A stretch of DNA of 64,000 nt from Escherichia coli (GCF_003334405.1 NZ_QOWM01000010.1); one strand, 5' to 3'. Shown: positions 43,583 to 55,629, numbered from the stretch's first letter. Numbers and translations are program-made. The notes: generated by a model from the sequence alone, not told the origin.

Positions 43583-46500
43583 AAATTCTCAGCCTGCGCC
43601 TGAAAAACCTGAACTCATTAAAAGGCGAATGGAAGATTGATTTCACCCGCGAGCCGTTCGCCAGCAACGGGCTGTTTGCTATTACCGGCCCAACAGGTGC
43701 GGGGAAAACCACCCTGCTGGACGCCATTTGTCTGGCGCTGTATCACGAAACTCCGCGTCTCTCTAACGTTTCACAATCGCAAAATGATCTCATGACCCGC
43801 GATACCGCCGAATGTCTGGCGGAGGTGGAGTTTGAAGTGAAAGGTGAAGCGTACCGTGCATTCTGGAGCCAGAATCGGGCGCGTAACCAACCCGACGGTA
43901 ATTTGCAGGTGCCACGCGTAGAGCTGGCGCGCTGCGCCGACGGCAAAATTCTCGCCGACAAAGTGAAAGATAAGCTGGAACTGACAGCGACGTTAACCGG
44001 GCTGGATTACGGGCGCTTCACCCGTTCGATGCTGCTTTCGCAGGGGCAATTTGCTGCCTTCCTGAATGCCAAACCCAAAGAACGCGCGGAATTGCTCGAG
44101 GAGTTAACCGGCACTGAAATCTACGGGCAAATCTCGGCGATGGTTTTTGAGCAGCACAAATCGGCCCGCACAGAGCTGGAGAAGCTGCAAGCGCAGGCCA
44201 GCGGCGTCACGTTGCTCACGCCGGAACAAGTGCAATCGCTGACAGCGAGTTTGCAGGTACTTACTGACGAAGAAAAACAGTTAATTACCGCGCAGCAGCA
44301 AGAACAACAATCGCTAAACTGGTTAACGCGTCAGGACGAATTGCAGCAAGAAGCCAGCCGCCGTCAGCAGGCCTTGCAACAGGCGTTAGCCGAAGAAGAA
44401 AAAGCGCAACCTCAACTGGCGGCGCTTAGTCTGGCACAACCGGCACGAAATCTTCGTCCACACTGGGAACGCATCGCAGAACACAGCGCGGCGCTGGCGC
44501 ATATTCGCCAGCAGATTGAAGAAGTAAATACTCGCTTACAGAGCACAATGGCGCTTCGCGCGAGCATTCGCCACCACGCGGCGAAGCAGTCAGCAGAATT
44601 ACAGCAGCAGCAACAAAGCCTGAATACCTGGTTACAGGAACACGACCGCTTCCGTCAGTGGAACAACGAACCGGCGGGTTGGCGTGCGCAGTTCTCCCAA
44701 CAAACCAGCGATCGCGAGCATCTGCGGCAATGGCAGCAACAGTTAACCCATGCTGAGCAAAAACTTAATGCGCTTGCGGCGATCACGTTGACGTTAACCG
44801 CCGATGAAGTTGCTACCGCCCTGGCGCAACATGCTGAGCAACGCCCACTGCGTCAGCACCTGGTCGCGCTGCATGGACAGATTGTTCCCCAACAAAAACG
44901 TCTGGCGCAGTTACAGGTCGCTATCCAGAATGTCACGCAAGAACAGACGCAACGTAACGCCGCACTTAACGAAATGCGCCAGCGTTATAAAGAAAAGACG
45001 CAGCAACTTGCCGATGTGAAAACCATTTGCGAGCAGGAAGCGCGCATCAAAACGCTGGAAGCTCAACGTGCACAGTTACAGGCGGGTCAGCCTTGCCCAC
45101 TTTGTGGTTCCACCAGCCACCCGGCGGTCGAGGCGTATCAGGCGCTGGAGCCTGGCGTTAATCAGTCTCGATTACTGGCGCTGGAAAACGAAGTTAAAAA
45201 GCTCGGTGAAGAAGGTGCGACGCTACGTGGGCAACTGGACGCCATAACAAAGCAGCTTCAGCGTGATGAAAACGAAGCGCAAAGCCTCCGACAAGATGAG
45301 CAAGCACTTACTCAACAATGGCAAGCCGTCACGGCCAGCCTCAATATCACCTTGCAGCCACTGGACGATATTCAACCGTGGCTGGATGCACAAGATGAGC
45401 ACGAACGCCAGCTGCGGTTACTCAGCCAACGGCATGAATTACAAGGGCAGATTGCCGCGCATAATCAGCAAATTATCCAGTATCAACAGCAAATTGAACA
45501 ACGCCAGCAACTACTTTTAACGACATTGACGGGTTATGCACTGACATTGCCACAGGAAGATGAAGAAGAGAGCTGGTTGGCGACACGTCAGCAAGAAGCG
45601 CAGAGCTGGCAGCAACGCCAGAACGAATTAACCGCGCTGCAAAACCGTATTCAGCAGCTGACGCCGATTCTGGAAACGTTGCCGCAAAGTGATGAACTCC
45701 CGCACTGCGAAGAAACTGTGGTATTGGAAAACTGGCGGCAGGTACATGAACAATGTCTCGCATTACACAGCCAGCAGCAGACGTTACAGCAACAGGATGT
45801 TCTGGCGGCGCAAAGTCTGCAAAAAGCCCAGGCGCAGTTTGACACCGCGCTACAGGCCAGCGTCTTTGACGATCAGCAGGCGTTCCTTGCGGCGCTAATG
45901 GATGAACAAACACTAACGCAGCTGGAACAGCTCAAGCAGAATCTGGAAAACCAGCGCCGTCAGGCGCAAACTCTGGTCACTCAGACAGCAGAAACGCTGG
46001 CACAGCATCAACAACACCGACCTGACGACGGGTTGGCTCTCACTGTGACGGTGGAGCAGATTCAGCAAGAGTTAGCGCAAACTCACCAAAAGTTGCGTGA
46101 AAACACCACGAGTCAAGGCGAGATTCGCCAGCAGCTGAAGCAGGATGCAGATAACCGTCAGCAACAACAAACCTTAATGCAGCAAATTGCTCAAATGACG
46201 CAGCAGGTTGAGGACTGGGGATATCTGAATTCGCTAATAGGTTCCAAAGAGGGCGATAAATTCCGCAAGTTTGCCCAGGGGCTGACGCTGGATAATTTAG
46301 TCCATCTCGCTAATCAGCAACTTACCCGGCTGCACGGGCGCTATCTGTTACAGCGCAAAGCCAGCGAGGCGCTGGAAGTCGAGGTTGTTGATACCTGGCA
46401 GGCAGATGCGGTACGCGATACCCGTACCCTTTCCGGCGGCGAAAGTTTCCTCGTTAGTCTGGCGCTGGCGCTGGCGCTTTCGGATCTGGTCAGCCATAAA

Positions 46501-46725
46501 ACACGTATTGACTCGCTGTTCCTTGATGAAGGTTTTGGCACGCTGGATAGCGAAACGCTGGATACCGCCCTTGATGCGCTGGATGCCCTGAACGCCAGTG
46601 GCAAAACCATCGGTGTGATTAGCCACGTAGAAGCGATGAAAGAGCGTATTCCGGTGCAGATCAAAGTGAAAAAGATCAACGGCCTGGGCTACAGCAAACT
46701 GGAAAGTACGTTTGCAGTGAAATAA
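43579..46725 (+). CDS. sbcC: exonuclease SbcC (Rad50/SMC-like ATPase)
   Basis: ORF track 1048 aa; Walker [10 protein letters not shown], long Q-rich coiled coil, central zinc hook CPLCGS, C-terminal signature/Walker B (LSGGESF ... [11 protein letters not shown]); ATG overlaps the sbcD stop by 4 nt. Confidence 0.97.
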   Translation: MKILSLRLKNLNSLKGEWKIDFTREPFASNGLFAITGPTGAGKTTLLDAICLALYHETPRLSNVSQSQNDLMTRDTAECLAEVEFEVKGEAYRAFWSQNRARNQPDGNLQVPRVELARCADGKILADKVKDKLELTATLTGLDYGRFTRSMLLSQGQFAAFLNAKPKERAELLEELTGTEIYGQISAMVFEQHKSARTELEKLQAQASGVTLLTPEQVQSLTASLQVLTDEEKQLITAQQQEQQSLNWLTRQDELQQEASRRQQALQQALAEEEKAQPQLAALSLAQPARNLRPHWERIAEHSAALAHIRQQIEEVNTRLQSTMALRASIRHHAAKQSAELQQQQQSLNTWLQEHDRFRQWNNEPAGWRAQFSQQTSDREHLRQWQQQLTHAEQKLNALAAITLTLTADEVATALAQHAEQRPLRQHLVALHGQIVPQQKRLAQLQVAIQNVTQEQTQRNAALNEMRQRYKEKTQQLADVKTICEQEARIKTLEAQRAQLQAGQPCPLCGSTSHPAVEAYQALEPGVNQSRLLALENEVKKLGEEGATLRGQLDAITKQLQRDENEAQSLRQDEQALTQQWQAVTASLNITLQPLDDIQPWLDAQDEHERQLRLLSQRHELQGQIAAHNQQIIQYQQQIEQRQQLLLTTLTGYALTLPQEDEEESWLATRQQEAQSWQQRQNELTALQNRIQQLTPILETLPQSDELPHCEETVVLENWRQVHEQCLALHSQQQTLQQQDVLAAQSLQKAQAQFDTALQASVFDDQQAFLAALMDEQTLTQLEQLKQNLENQRRQAQTLVTQTAETLAQHQQHRPDDGLALTVTVEQIQQELAQTHQKLRENTTSQGEIRQQLKQDADNRQQQQTLMQQIAQMTQQVEDWGYLNSLIGSKEGDKFRKFAQGLTLDNLVHLANQQLTRLHGRYLLQRKASEALEVEVVDTWQADAVRDTRTLSGGESFLVSLALALALSDLVSHKTRIDSLFLDEGFGTLDSETLDTALDALDALNASGKTIGVISHVEAMKERIPVQIKVKKINGLGYSKLESTFAVK

Positions 46726-46850
46726 CTATTCAGCAGGATAATGAATACAGAGGGGCGAATTATCTCTTGGCCTTGCTGGTCGTTATCCTGCAAGCTATCA
46801 CTTTATTGGCTACGGTGATTGGTAGCCGTTCTGGTGGTTGTGATGGTGGT

Positions 46851-48035
46851 ATGAAAAAAGTCATTTTATCTTTGGCTCTGGGCACGTTTGGTTTGGGGAT
46901 GGCCGAATTTGGCATTATGGGCGTGCTCACGGAGCTGGCGCATAACGTAGGAATTTCGATTCCTGCCGCCGGGCATATGATCTCGTATTATGCACTGGGG
47001 GTGGTGGTCGGTGCGCCAATCATCGCACTCTTTTCCAGCCGCTACTCACTCAAACATATCTTGTTGTTTCTGGTGGCGTTGTGCGTCATTGGCAACGCCA
47101 TGTTCACGCTCTCTTCGTCTTACCTGATGCTCGCCATTGGTCGGCTGGTATCCGGCTTTCCGCATGGCGCATTTTTTGGCGTCGGAGCGATCGTGTTATC
47201 AAAAATTATCAAACCCGGAAAAGTCACCGCCGCCGTGGCGGGGATGGTTTCCGGGATGACAGTCGCCAATTTGCTGGGCATTCCGCTGGGAACGTATTTA
47301 AGTCAGGAATTTAGCTGGCGTTACACCTTTTTATTGATCGCTGTTTTTAATATTGCGGTGATGGCATCGGTCTATTTTTGGGTGCCAGATATTCGCGACG
47401 AGGCGAAAGGAAATCTGCGCGAACAATTTCACTTTTTGCGCAGCCCGGCCCCGTGGTTAATTTTCGCCGCCACGATGTTTGGCAACGCAGGTGTGTTTGC
47501 CTGGTTCAGCTACGTAAAGCCATACATGATGTTTATTTCCGGTTTTTCGGAAACGGCGATGACCTTTATTATGATGTTAGTTGGGCTAGGGATGGTGCTG
47601 GGAAATATGCTAAGTGGCAGGATTTCAGGACGTTATTCACCACTGCGCATTGCAGCAGTGACTGACTTTATAATTGTACTGGCACTGCTGATGCTCTTTT
47701 TCTGCGGCGGCATGAAAACAACGTCGCTTATTTTTGCTTTTATTTGTTGCGCGGGATTATTTGCCCTTTCAGCACCGCTACAAATATTGTTACTACAAAA
47801 CGCCAAAGGCGGAGAGTTATTAGGTGCCGCAGGTGGGCAAATAGCGTTTAACCTCGGTAGCGCCGTCGGCGCATATTGCGGAGGTATGATGCTGACGCTG
47901 GGACTGGCATATAATTACGTGGCGCTGCCTGCCGCCCTGCTTTCGTTTGCTGCGATGTCGTCGTTGCTGCTGTATGGTCGCTATAAGCGCCAGCAAGCGG
48001 CGGATACTCCGGTGCTGGCGAAACCACTGGGGTAG
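46851..48035 (+). CDS. araJ: MFS transporter AraJ (394 aa)
   Basis: ORF track 46767..48035 trimmed to ATG 46851 (MKKVILSLALGTFGLGMAEFG). Confidence 0.9.
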   Translation: MKKVILSLALGTFGLGMAEFGIMGVLTELAHNVGISIPAAGHMISYYALGVVVGAPIIALFSSRYSLKHILLFLVALCVIGNAMFTLSSSYLMLAIGRLVSGFPHGAFFGVGAIVLSKIIKPGKVTAAVAGMVSGMTVANLLGIPLGTYLSQEFSWRYTFLLIAVFNIAVMASVYFWVPDIRDEAKGNLREQFHFLRSPAPWLIFAATMFGNAGVFAWFSYVKPYMMFISGFSETAMTFIMMLVGLGMVLGNMLSGRISGRYSPLRIAAVTDFIIVLALLMLFFCGGMKTTSLIFAFICCAGLFALSAPLQILLLQNAKGGELLGAAGGQIAFNLGSAVGAYCGGMMLTLGLAYNYVALPAALLSFAAMSSLLLYGRYKRQQAADTPVLAKPLG

Positions 48036-48051
48036 GTTATAGTCTCGGTGC

Positions 48052-48256
48052 TCATTACTTATTGCCGGATGCGGCGTGAACGCCTTATCCGCCCTACGCG
48101 GTTCTGGCACATTTTGCAGGCCTGATAAGACGCGGCAAGCGTCGCATCAGGCATCGGAGCACTTATTGCCGGATGCGGCGTGAACGCCTTATCCGGCCTA
48201 CGGTTCTGGCACCTTTTGTAGGCCTGATAAGACGCGGCAAGCGTCGCATCAGGCAT
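48052..48256. repeat. BIME cluster: two tandem ~100-bp units, each with a convergent pair of REP palindromes
   Basis: Unit A 48052..48153 and unit B 48160..48256 are near-identical (TTATTGCCGGATGCGGCGTGAACGCCTTATCCGGCCTACG ... GTAGGCCTGATAAGACGCGGCAAGCGTCGCATCAGGCAT). Confidence 0.8.
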
Positions 48257-48279
48257 GATGCGCCAATTGCCTACGTTTT

Positions 48280-49188
48280 TTACTCTTGTGGCCATAACCA
48301 CGCAGCGCCGCGTACGCCGCTGGAATCACCGTGCTTCGCCTTACGCACCGGCGTTTCACATTCGCCGCCGAAGACAAATTGTTTAATCAACTGCCCAACC
48401 GTTTGATATAAACGGTCTACATTGCTCATCCCGCCCCCCAGGACAATCACATCCGGATCGAGAATATTCACGACATGTGCCAGCGATTTTGCCAGCCGCA
48501 GCTCGTAGCGACGCAATGCCAGTTCCGCTACCGGATCGCTTTCTTCAACCAGGCGGATAATTTCACTGCCTTTCAGCGCATGTCCGCTCAAACGACGATA
48601 ATCCATCGCGAATCCCGTGCCCGAAATAAAGGTTTCAATACAACCTTGTTTACCGCAATAACAAGGGACTTCCTCGCGATAACGCAGTTCGTCTTCGTCC
48701 ATCCACGGTAGCGGATTGTGTCCCCACTCACCTGCCGTGCCATTGCCGCCGATATGCGCCCGCCCATTGAATGCCACGCCCGCGCCGCATCCCGTGCCGA
48801 TAATCACGGCAAATACCGTCTGCGCTCCCGCTGCCGCGCCATCTACTGCTTCTGAAACCGCCAGACAGTTAGCGTCATTTGCCAGCCGCACTTCCCGCTG
48901 CAACCTCGCGCTTAAGTCTTTATCGAATGGCTGACCGTTGAGCCAGGTTGAATTGGCATTCTTCACCACACCGGTGTAAGGCGAAATTGAGCCAGGAATG
49001 CCCATACCTACCGTTCCGCGCTGCCCCGTCGCCTGCTCCGCCATATCAACCAACGTGGCGATCGTTTCAATAGTCTGCCGGTAATCATCACGCGGCGTGG
49101 GCAGACGATGGCGGTACAACTGCTCCCCTGCATCGCCCAGTGCAATCACTTCAGTTTTGGTGCCGCCTAAATCGATACCTATACGCAC
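48280..49188 (-). CDS. mak: fructokinase/mannokinase Mak (ROK family, 302 aa, GTG start)
   Basis: ORF track 48280..49326; start placed at GTG 49186..49188 giving (M)[13 protein letters not shown], preceded by SD AAGGAGAG. Confidence 0.88.
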
Positions 49189-49312
49189 GGTACTCTCCTT
49201 ATTTTTTTCAATATTAATAGCGTAGAGACGGACAACCGGATTGGCAATGCAAGGCCGCCGACAATTCGTTATCATGCCCGCTAAATTTAACGACAAGGCC
49301 GTGGAAATTATC

Positions 49313-50224
49313 ATGCTGTGGTTCAAAAATTTAATGGTTTACCGTCTTAGCCGCGAGATTTCGCTGCGTGCAGAAGAGATGGAAAAACAGCTAGCCTCGA
49401 TGGCATTTACCCCATGCGGCAGCCAGGACATGGCGAAGATGGGCTGGGTTCCTCCGATGGGATCGCACAGCGATGCGTTAACGCACGTTGCCAATGGTCA
49501 AATTGTTATCTGCGCGCGCAAAGAAGAAAAAATCCTCCCGTCTCCGGTGATTAAACAGGCGCTGGAAGCGAAAATCGCCAAACTGGAAGCGGAACAGGCG
49601 CGTAAGCTGAAGAAAACCGAAAAAGATTCGCTGAAAGACGAAGTGCTGCACTCTCTGCTGCCGCGTGCTTTCAGCCGTTTTAGCCAGACAATGATGTGGA
49701 TCGACACGGTTAACGGTTTGATTATGGTGGACTGCGCCAGTGCCAAAAAAGCGGAAGATACGCTGGCATTACTGCGTAAAAGCCTGGGGTCGTTACCGGT
49801 TGTACCATTGAGCATGGAAAACCCGATTGAACTGACGCTGACCGAATGGGTTCGCTCCGGTAGTGCGGCACAGGGCTTCCAGCTGCTTGATGAAGCCGAG
49901 CTGAAATCGTTGCTGGAAGATGGCGGCGTGATCCGCGCGAAGAAACAAGATCTGACCAGCGAAGAGATCACCAATCACATTGAAGCCGGAAAAGTGGTGA
50001 CTAAACTGGCGCTCGACTGGCAGCAGCGCATTCAGTTTGTGATGTGCGACGATGGTTCGCTCAAGCGTCTGAAGTTCTGCGACGAGCTGCGCGATCAAAA
50101 CGAAGATATCGACCGTGAAGATTTCGCCCAGCGTTTTGATGCCGATTTCATCCTGATGACTGGTGAACTGGCAGCGTTAATTCAAAACCTGATTGAAGGA
50201 TTAGGTGGCGAAGCACAACGTTAA
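49313..50224 (+). CDS. rdgC: recombination-associated protein RdgC (303 aa)
   Basis: ORF track 49241..50224 trimmed to ATG 49313 ([15 protein letters not shown]). Confidence 0.92.
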
Positions 50225-50242
50225 TTGCTGATTTTCCTTTAA

Positions 50243-50275
50243 TGCCGGATGCGACGCCTGCCGCGTCTTATCCGG
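50243..50275. repeat. REP palindrome after rdgC
   Basis: GCCGGATGCGACGCCTGCCGCGTCTTATCCGGC. Confidence 0.6.
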
Positions 50276-50381
50276 CGTACGAAGCCACACCAGGCATATA
50301 ATTATTCGCTACGGCGAGCAATAATTTTTAGCGCAGCAATATTATGCGTTTTACGCTGTAACTTGCTCCATGGACGTTGTG

Positions 50382-50732
50382 TCATTGTTTTTCCTCAAGC
50401 CGGTGACGCGCTTCACTGCGAATTTTCCGCGTTGCCCCGGTTTTCACTAAATCACGTAACAGCGAAAGATCGGGTTGTTCGACAAATAAGAGTAATGATG
50501 GATCCTCTTTTAACCACGCCGTTTTCACATCGGCAGCCAGCTGTGGATTATTAATAGCCAGCGACCGATCCTGAGGCTCAGTCAATGTCGTTAACAACAA
50601 CGCCGGGGTATGTGCGTTGCGCAATGCCGTTTGGCGTAAATGATCATTGCGACTTTGCAGCAATGCACGCCACCATTCATCATCTGATTTATCTTTTATC
50701 GTAGCCAGTTCCGCAACAATATCTGGAGATCT
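50382..50732 (-). pseudogene. ykiA-like ORF remnant lacking a canonical start codon
   Basis: 117-codon open frame (stop to stop); the only start-like codon is TTG at 50661..50663 (track 93 aa), with no ATG or GTG; no recognisable domain; AT-rich flank 50664..50870. Probably the K-12 locus I recall as ykiA, uncertain. Confidence 0.4.
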
Positions 50733-50870
50733 TCACTGATATTTATATCAACCTTGATAAATTATGAATATATCGGAAATTGAAAAAATCGCAGCAAAGG
50801 AAATATTATTATGGGCTAAAGAAAGGATATTTCAGAAAAATGCCCTCCCGTTCAAGGGGAAGGCGAGGAA

Positions 50871-51155
50871 TTACAGATAGCGGCACAGATAAGAGGTGGG
50901 TTCGGCAACTTGCAGATGAAACTCACGGTGACCGGGAACATTAAACACCGAACCGGCTTCATACACCTGCCAGTCGGTCGCGTCAGGCAGTAACACATTC
51001 AGCGCGCCACTGATTACCGTCATCTCTTCCGGCTCAGCGGTGCTGAAGGTGTATTCGCCTTCAACCATAACACCCACGCTGGCGCGACCAGTGCTGCTGC
51101 TGGAAAAGCCGATTGATTTCACTTTGCCGGAAAAGTACTCATTACTTTGAAGCAT
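50871..51155 (-). CDS. ppnP: pyrimidine/purine nucleoside phosphorylase PpnP (YaiE)
   Basis: ORF track 94 aa ([17 protein letters not shown]), cupin-like. Confidence 0.93.
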   Translation of the reverse strand: MLQSNEYFSGKVKSIGFSSSSTGRASVGVMVEGEYTFSTAEPEEMTVISGALNVLLPDATDWQVYEAGSVFNVPGHREFHLQVAEPTSYLCRYL

Positions 51156-51226
51156 AAACTGGCCCTGTTTGGTAGTTGAACATCTACTTCACTATAGGGG
51201 CCAGAGGCGCTGGCTGTCACGCAAAA

Positions 51227-51904
51227 TTACACCAGTAATTCCGCAGCCAGCCGTGCAATCAATACGTTAGACAGCAAGACAGGAACATCGAGCTGTTTTT
51301 GCAGTAAATCGCGATGACGTTGGTGAAATCCTAAACAATCCAGCATGATGACATCAGCCCCTTTTGCCAGTAATTCTTTCCCGGCATCAATGATTTTTTG
51401 TTCTGAATCATGAATGGGGTTACCCAATGAAAATACCGGCGATTTCTGCAAAATTTGCCATTTTTGCGCCTGAACGGGCAGCATCTCCTCAACCGGAACG
51501 ATAACCCCCACCTGATGATCTTCAACAATAGAGGAAACCAGTGGAGGCAATATTCGCGACGGCTCAAGAAAGATCGTATTACGCGCAGTCATACTACTAA
51601 TGTTTGCTGTACTCATTAATAAAATGACGTCATAACCCTGATTATCGAGCACTTCAACCACACCTTGCAGGTCACGCTCCACTTTGCGACGCGAAACATG
51701 GGCCAGCTGGTTGTCATTTAATAATGTGAGAATGGTGTCTTCGCCTGCTTCTGGCGCGTACTCCGCCATCACTTCTTCACGACTTAACTTCCCCAGCAGG
51801 CTATGATGGGAAATATTATCTTCGTCAATGTATTCCGTCAGGAGCGGCAAAACTTCCTGCATAGGTACAATGCCGATGGTCAGGATCGCCAACGACGCAC
51901 TCAT
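51227..51904 (-). CDS. aroM: protein AroM
   Basis: ORF track 225 aa, recognised as AroM; downstream of yaiA-aroL on the same strand. Confidence 0.93.
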
Positions 51905-52161
51905 TGTTCATCCACCTTACTTTTCTTTCGTCGTTAATTACCGGGCAAGTGTGAAGCACCACTGCTGACACTTACTTGTGCTACAAATGACAAAAAGCGT
52001 AGCAGCAGACGTGCACGGCATAATGTAAAGATTCCAAATGATTCCAGTAATGGATTGTTATTGTTTAATATTCTAATTATTAGAAAAACATGAATTATGA
52101 AAAATGTGACGCAGATCCCTTGTAGTGGCACTCAGAATCCCTTCCGAGCAGTCTGATGCGG

Positions 52162-52362
<201 letters not shown>

Positions 52363-52402
52363 TTATTTCACGGGATGAACGTTAAGTATAGGCGCTCGAA
52401 AA

Positions 52403-52927
52403 TCAACAATTGATCGTCTGTGCCAGGGCGCTGCGAATTTCAGAAATCACCTGGCTGGGTTCGTTTGTTGCGTCGATGATAATATGCGCAACTTCGCGAT
52501 ATAGCGCATCGCGTTCTTCCAGCACTTCCTGAACTTCTTCGCTCAGCGGTTTTCCCGTTAAGGTTGGCCGTAAATCTTCTTCCGGTGCAGCTTGCAGTCG
52601 GTTAACCAGGACTGATACTGGCGCACACAAATAAACCACGATCCCGTTATTTTGCATGAAGTGACGATTAAATTCCGTCAGAATAATGCCGCCGCCTGTA
52701 GCGATAACGGTGGATGGCGCAGTTACCGCTTCCAGCGCCGCCGTTTCTCTGGCGCGAAATCCCGCCCACTCTTCCCTTTCGACGATCTCCGCGACCGTCA
52801 TATTGAGCTGTGATTGCAACCACTGATCGGTATCGACAAACCGACGGTTAAGCGAATCGGCAAGGGCCATTCCGACCGTTGTTTTACCACAGCCCCGAGG
52901 CCCGATCAGAAAAAGAGGTTGTGTCAT
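52403..52927 (-). CDS. aroL: shikimate kinase II
   Basis: ORF track 174 aa; Walker [10 protein letters not shown]. Confidence 0.96.
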
Positions 52928-52995
52928 CGTGGGTTTTCCCCAATAGGTCGCAATGCGGCGAAAGCCGGTGTCATGAGAATAGCGATCATACCATC

Positions 52996-53108
52996 AAACT
53001 AGTACAATTTCGATTGTAAAGAAAAAATTCCACTTAAAGTGAAAATCTCAATACACCCCTTACTATACCAATAAATATTCAAGAATGAAGTGTAAATAAT
53101 AAATTACA
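52996..53108 (-). promoter_or_regulatory. aroL control region: TyrR-box-like palindromes and a TrpR-like ACTAGT core
   Basis: TGTAAATAATAAATTACA (53091..53108, TGTAAA-N6-TTTACA-like), weaker TGGAATTTTTTCTTTACA on the minus strand (53015..53033), and AACTAGTACA at 52997..53006. Confidence 0.5.
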
Positions 53109-53109
53109 T

Positions 53110-53568
53110 TTAGCCACGACTACGTTGCACTTCCAGCCACCACTTCTCCAGCTCCGCGGCAAAGGCCTGGCGGTCACGTTGTGAAAGGCTATCTGGTCCG
53201 CCGGTCTGGATCCCACTGGCACGTAAGGTATCCATAAAATCGCGCATCGTCAGGCGCTCACGAATGGTCGCTGGCGTGTAACGTTCGCCGCGCGGATTAA
53301 GCGCCGCAGCGCCTTTCTCGATGGCTTCAGCAGCCAAAGGTATATCTGCGGTGATCACCAAATCGCCCGCTTCACACTGCCGGACAATTTCGTTATCGGC
53401 AACGTCGAAACCTGCCGCGACGCGCAGCGTACGAATAAATCGCGATGGCGGCACGCGTAAACTCTGGTTTGCTACCAGTACCAGCGGCATCTGCATACGT
53501 TCCGCCGCGCGATACAAAATCTCTTTAATTACATTGGGACACGCGTCGGCATCCACCCAAATTGTCAT
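53110..53568 (-). CDS. yaiI: UPF0178 protein YaiI (152 aa)
   Basis: ORF track 53110..53688 trimmed to ATG 53568 ([16 protein letters not shown]). Confidence 0.88.
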   Translation of the reverse strand: MTIWVDADACPNVIKEILYRAAERMQMPLVLVANQSLRVPPSRFIRTLRVAAGFDVADNEIVRQCEAGDLVITADIPLAAEAIEKGAAALNPRGERYTPATIRERLTMRDFMDTLRASGIQTGGPDSLSQRDRQAFAAELEKWWLEVQRSRG

Positions 53569-53687
53569 AAAGTCATCCTTTGTTGGGTAATCCTCTATTG
53601 TGTCGCGCTTTTGCCTTCCGGCATAGTTCTGTTTATGCTTCTGCCAGCGATTATCAAAACAATGAATTTCACGGCAGGAGTGAGGCA

Positions 53688-54497
53688 ATGGAAAAGAAAA
53701 TCGGTTTTATTGGCTGCGGCAATATGGGAAAAGCCATTCTCGGCGGTCTGATTGCCAGCGGTCAGGTGCTTCCAGGGCAAATCTGGGTATACACCCCCTC
53801 CCCGGATAAAGTCGCCGCCCTGCATGACCAGTTCGGCATCAACGCCGCAGAATCGGCGCAAGAAGTGGCGCAAATCGCCGACATCATTTTTGCTGCCGTT
53901 AAACCTGGCATCATGATTAAAGTGCTTAGCGAAATCACCTCCAGCCTGAATAAAGACTCTCTGGTCGTTTCTATTGCTGCAGGTGTCACGCTCGACCAGC
54001 TTGCCCGCGCGCTGGGCCATGACCGGAAAATTATCCGCGCCATGCCGAACACTCCCGCACTGGTTAATGCCGGGATGACCTCCGTAACGCCAAACGCGCT
54101 GGTAACCCCAGAAGATACCGCTGATGTGCTGAATATTTTCCGCTGCTTTGGCGAAGCGGAAGTAATTGCTGAGCCGATGATCCACCCGGTGGTCGGTGTG
54201 AGCGGTTCTTCGCCAGCCTACGTATTTATGTTTATCGAAGCGATGGCCGACGCCGCCGTGCTGGGCGGGATGCCACGCGCCCAGGCGTATAAATTTGCCG
54301 CTCAGGCGGTAATGGGTTCCGCAAAAATGGTGCTGGAAACGGGAGAACATCCGGGGGCACTGAAAGATATGGTCTGCTCACCGGGAGGCACCACCATTGA
54401 AGCGGTACGCGTACTGGAAGAGAAAGGCTTCCGTGCTGCAGTGATCGAAGCGATGACGAAGTGTATGGAAAAATCAGAAAAACTCAGCAAATCCTGA
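53688..54497 (+). CDS. proC: pyrroline-5-carboxylate reductase (269 aa)
   Basis: ORF track 53580..54497 trimmed to ATG 53688 ([17 protein letters not shown], Rossmann motif). Confidence 0.93.
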   Translation: MEKKIGFIGCGNMGKAILGGLIASGQVLPGQIWVYTPSPDKVAALHDQFGINAAESAQEVAQIADIIFAAVKPGIMIKVLSEITSSLNKDSLVVSIAAGVTLDQLARALGHDRKIIRAMPNTPALVNAGMTSVTPNALVTPEDTADVLNIFRCFGEAEVIAEPMIHPVVGVSGSSPAYVFMFIEAMADAAVLGGMPRAQAYKFAAQAVMGSAKMVLETGEHPGALKDMVCSPGGTTIEAVRVLEEKGFRAAVIEAMTKCMEKSEKLSKS

Positions 54498-54513
54498 TGA
54501 CTTTCGCCGGACG

Positions 54514-55629
54514 TCAGGCCGCCACTTCGGTGCGGTTACGTCCGGCTTTCTTTGCTTTGTAAAGCGCCAAATCTGCCGATTTCAACCACTCACGATAGTG
54601 ACTCATTTGTGGGTTCAGCGGCGCAACCCCCACACTAATCCGTAAAGTTACCTGTGGCGTATTCGGCAAACGTAATGTATTTAGCCCTTCATGCACCCGT
54701 AACATGGCGGTAATGGCGCTCTCAGCTGGCGTACCGGACATGATTACTGCAAACTCATCGCCGCCAAACCGACCAATCACATCGCTACCGCGCAGGGTAA
54801 TTTGTAACTGTCGGGTAAGCGCCACAATCGCTTCATCGCCCACATCATGGCCCCAGGTATCGTTGATGCTCTTGAAATGGTCGATATCGATAATCAGTAA
54901 CGTTGCATCGCGATTATGCCGCCGACAGTTATCAAATTCATTGCGTAACATAGTTTCCCAATGACGTCGGTTATACACACCCGTCATGCCGTCGCGGGTA
55001 CTCATGACCTGCAACCTGCGTTTATGTTCCGCCAGTTTGGTTGCCGTCTGGTAGCTGACCCAGCCAAACAGCAGAGGATAAATGACAATAATGGGAAGGG
55101 AGAGCCACCATTCCAGCGGCGCACTATTGAACGACACGGTAATGCCCGTCAGCTCGAGGGTGACAAGGCAGGAAACCACCATCAACACCAGACCCGCGAC
55201 AAACAGACGGGGGCCGCCTGCCCCCATCAAATTCAGACACATAATCATCAACATCGCGGTGGAAGGCAGCACGTTTACGCCCATTACGCCTACCCACATT
55301 CCCGCTAATACTGCATCGGTTTTTAAGTTGTAAATTTCCCGGCTAAGCGGATCGACGGCCCTGCTCGCTATCTGCCAGGCTAAATGCGGCCAGACGAACG
55401 CCCAGCCGACCAACACCAGCCACCACCAGCCCGGCGGCGGGTGTGAAACCAGCGTTGAAGCAATCGGTAAGAACATGCCAGCCAGGCCAACCGCACGGGG
55501 TAGTCTGACGCGACGGGCGAAGCGCAGCCCGGACCGCTGATGTTCGTTTTGAGGAGTTAAAGGAGGTTCCTCCCCGTGCGCCGCCGCTTTTTTGAAAAAG
55601 TTTTCATCATTCATTATTTTTGGGAACAT
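54514..55629 (-). CDS. dgcC: diguanylate cyclase DgcC (AdrA/YaiC)
   Basis: ORF track 371 aa; N-terminal membrane domain plus GGDEF domain with RFGGDEFAV motif. Confidence 0.94.
   Translation of the reverse strand: MFPKIMNDENFFKKAAAHGEEPPLTPQNEHQRSGLRFARRVRLPRAVGLAGMFLPIASTLVSHPPPGWWWLVLVGWAFVWPHLAWQIASRAVDPLSREIYNLKTDAVLAGMWVGVMGVNVLPSTAMLMIMCLNLMGAGGPRLFVAGLVLMVVSCLVTLELTGITVSFNSAPLEWWLSLPIIVIYPLLFGWVSYQTATKLAEHKRRLQVMSTRDGMTGVYNRRHWETMLRNEFDNCRRHNRDATLLIIDIDHFKSINDTWGHDVGDEAIVALTRQLQITLRGSDVIGRFGGDEFAVIMSGTPAESAITAMLRVHEGLNTLRLPNTPQVTLRISVGVAPLNPQMSHYREWLKSADLALYKAKKAGRNRTEVAA

Noticed and set aside
43579-46725. sbcCD as part of a novel defence island
   Set aside because: sbcD and sbcC are the canonical core hairpin nuclease genes in their usual position next to phoBR and araJ, with no adjacent unknown genes, integrase or repeats; nothing suggests an accessory system.
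48036-48279. Possible CRISPR array suggested by regularly repeated palindromic units
   Set aside because: Only two units; the repeats are REP/BIME palindromes and there are no unique spacers of uniform length, no leader and no cas genes anywhere in the window.
50764-50880. 38-codon plus-strand ORF ([38 protein letters not shown]) in the AT-rich patch next to the ykiA-like remnant
   Set aside because: No SD, overlaps the 3' end of ppnP on the opposite strand, and AT-rich DNA readily produces short Lys/Ile-rich frames by chance. Kept only as a note under the remnant finding.
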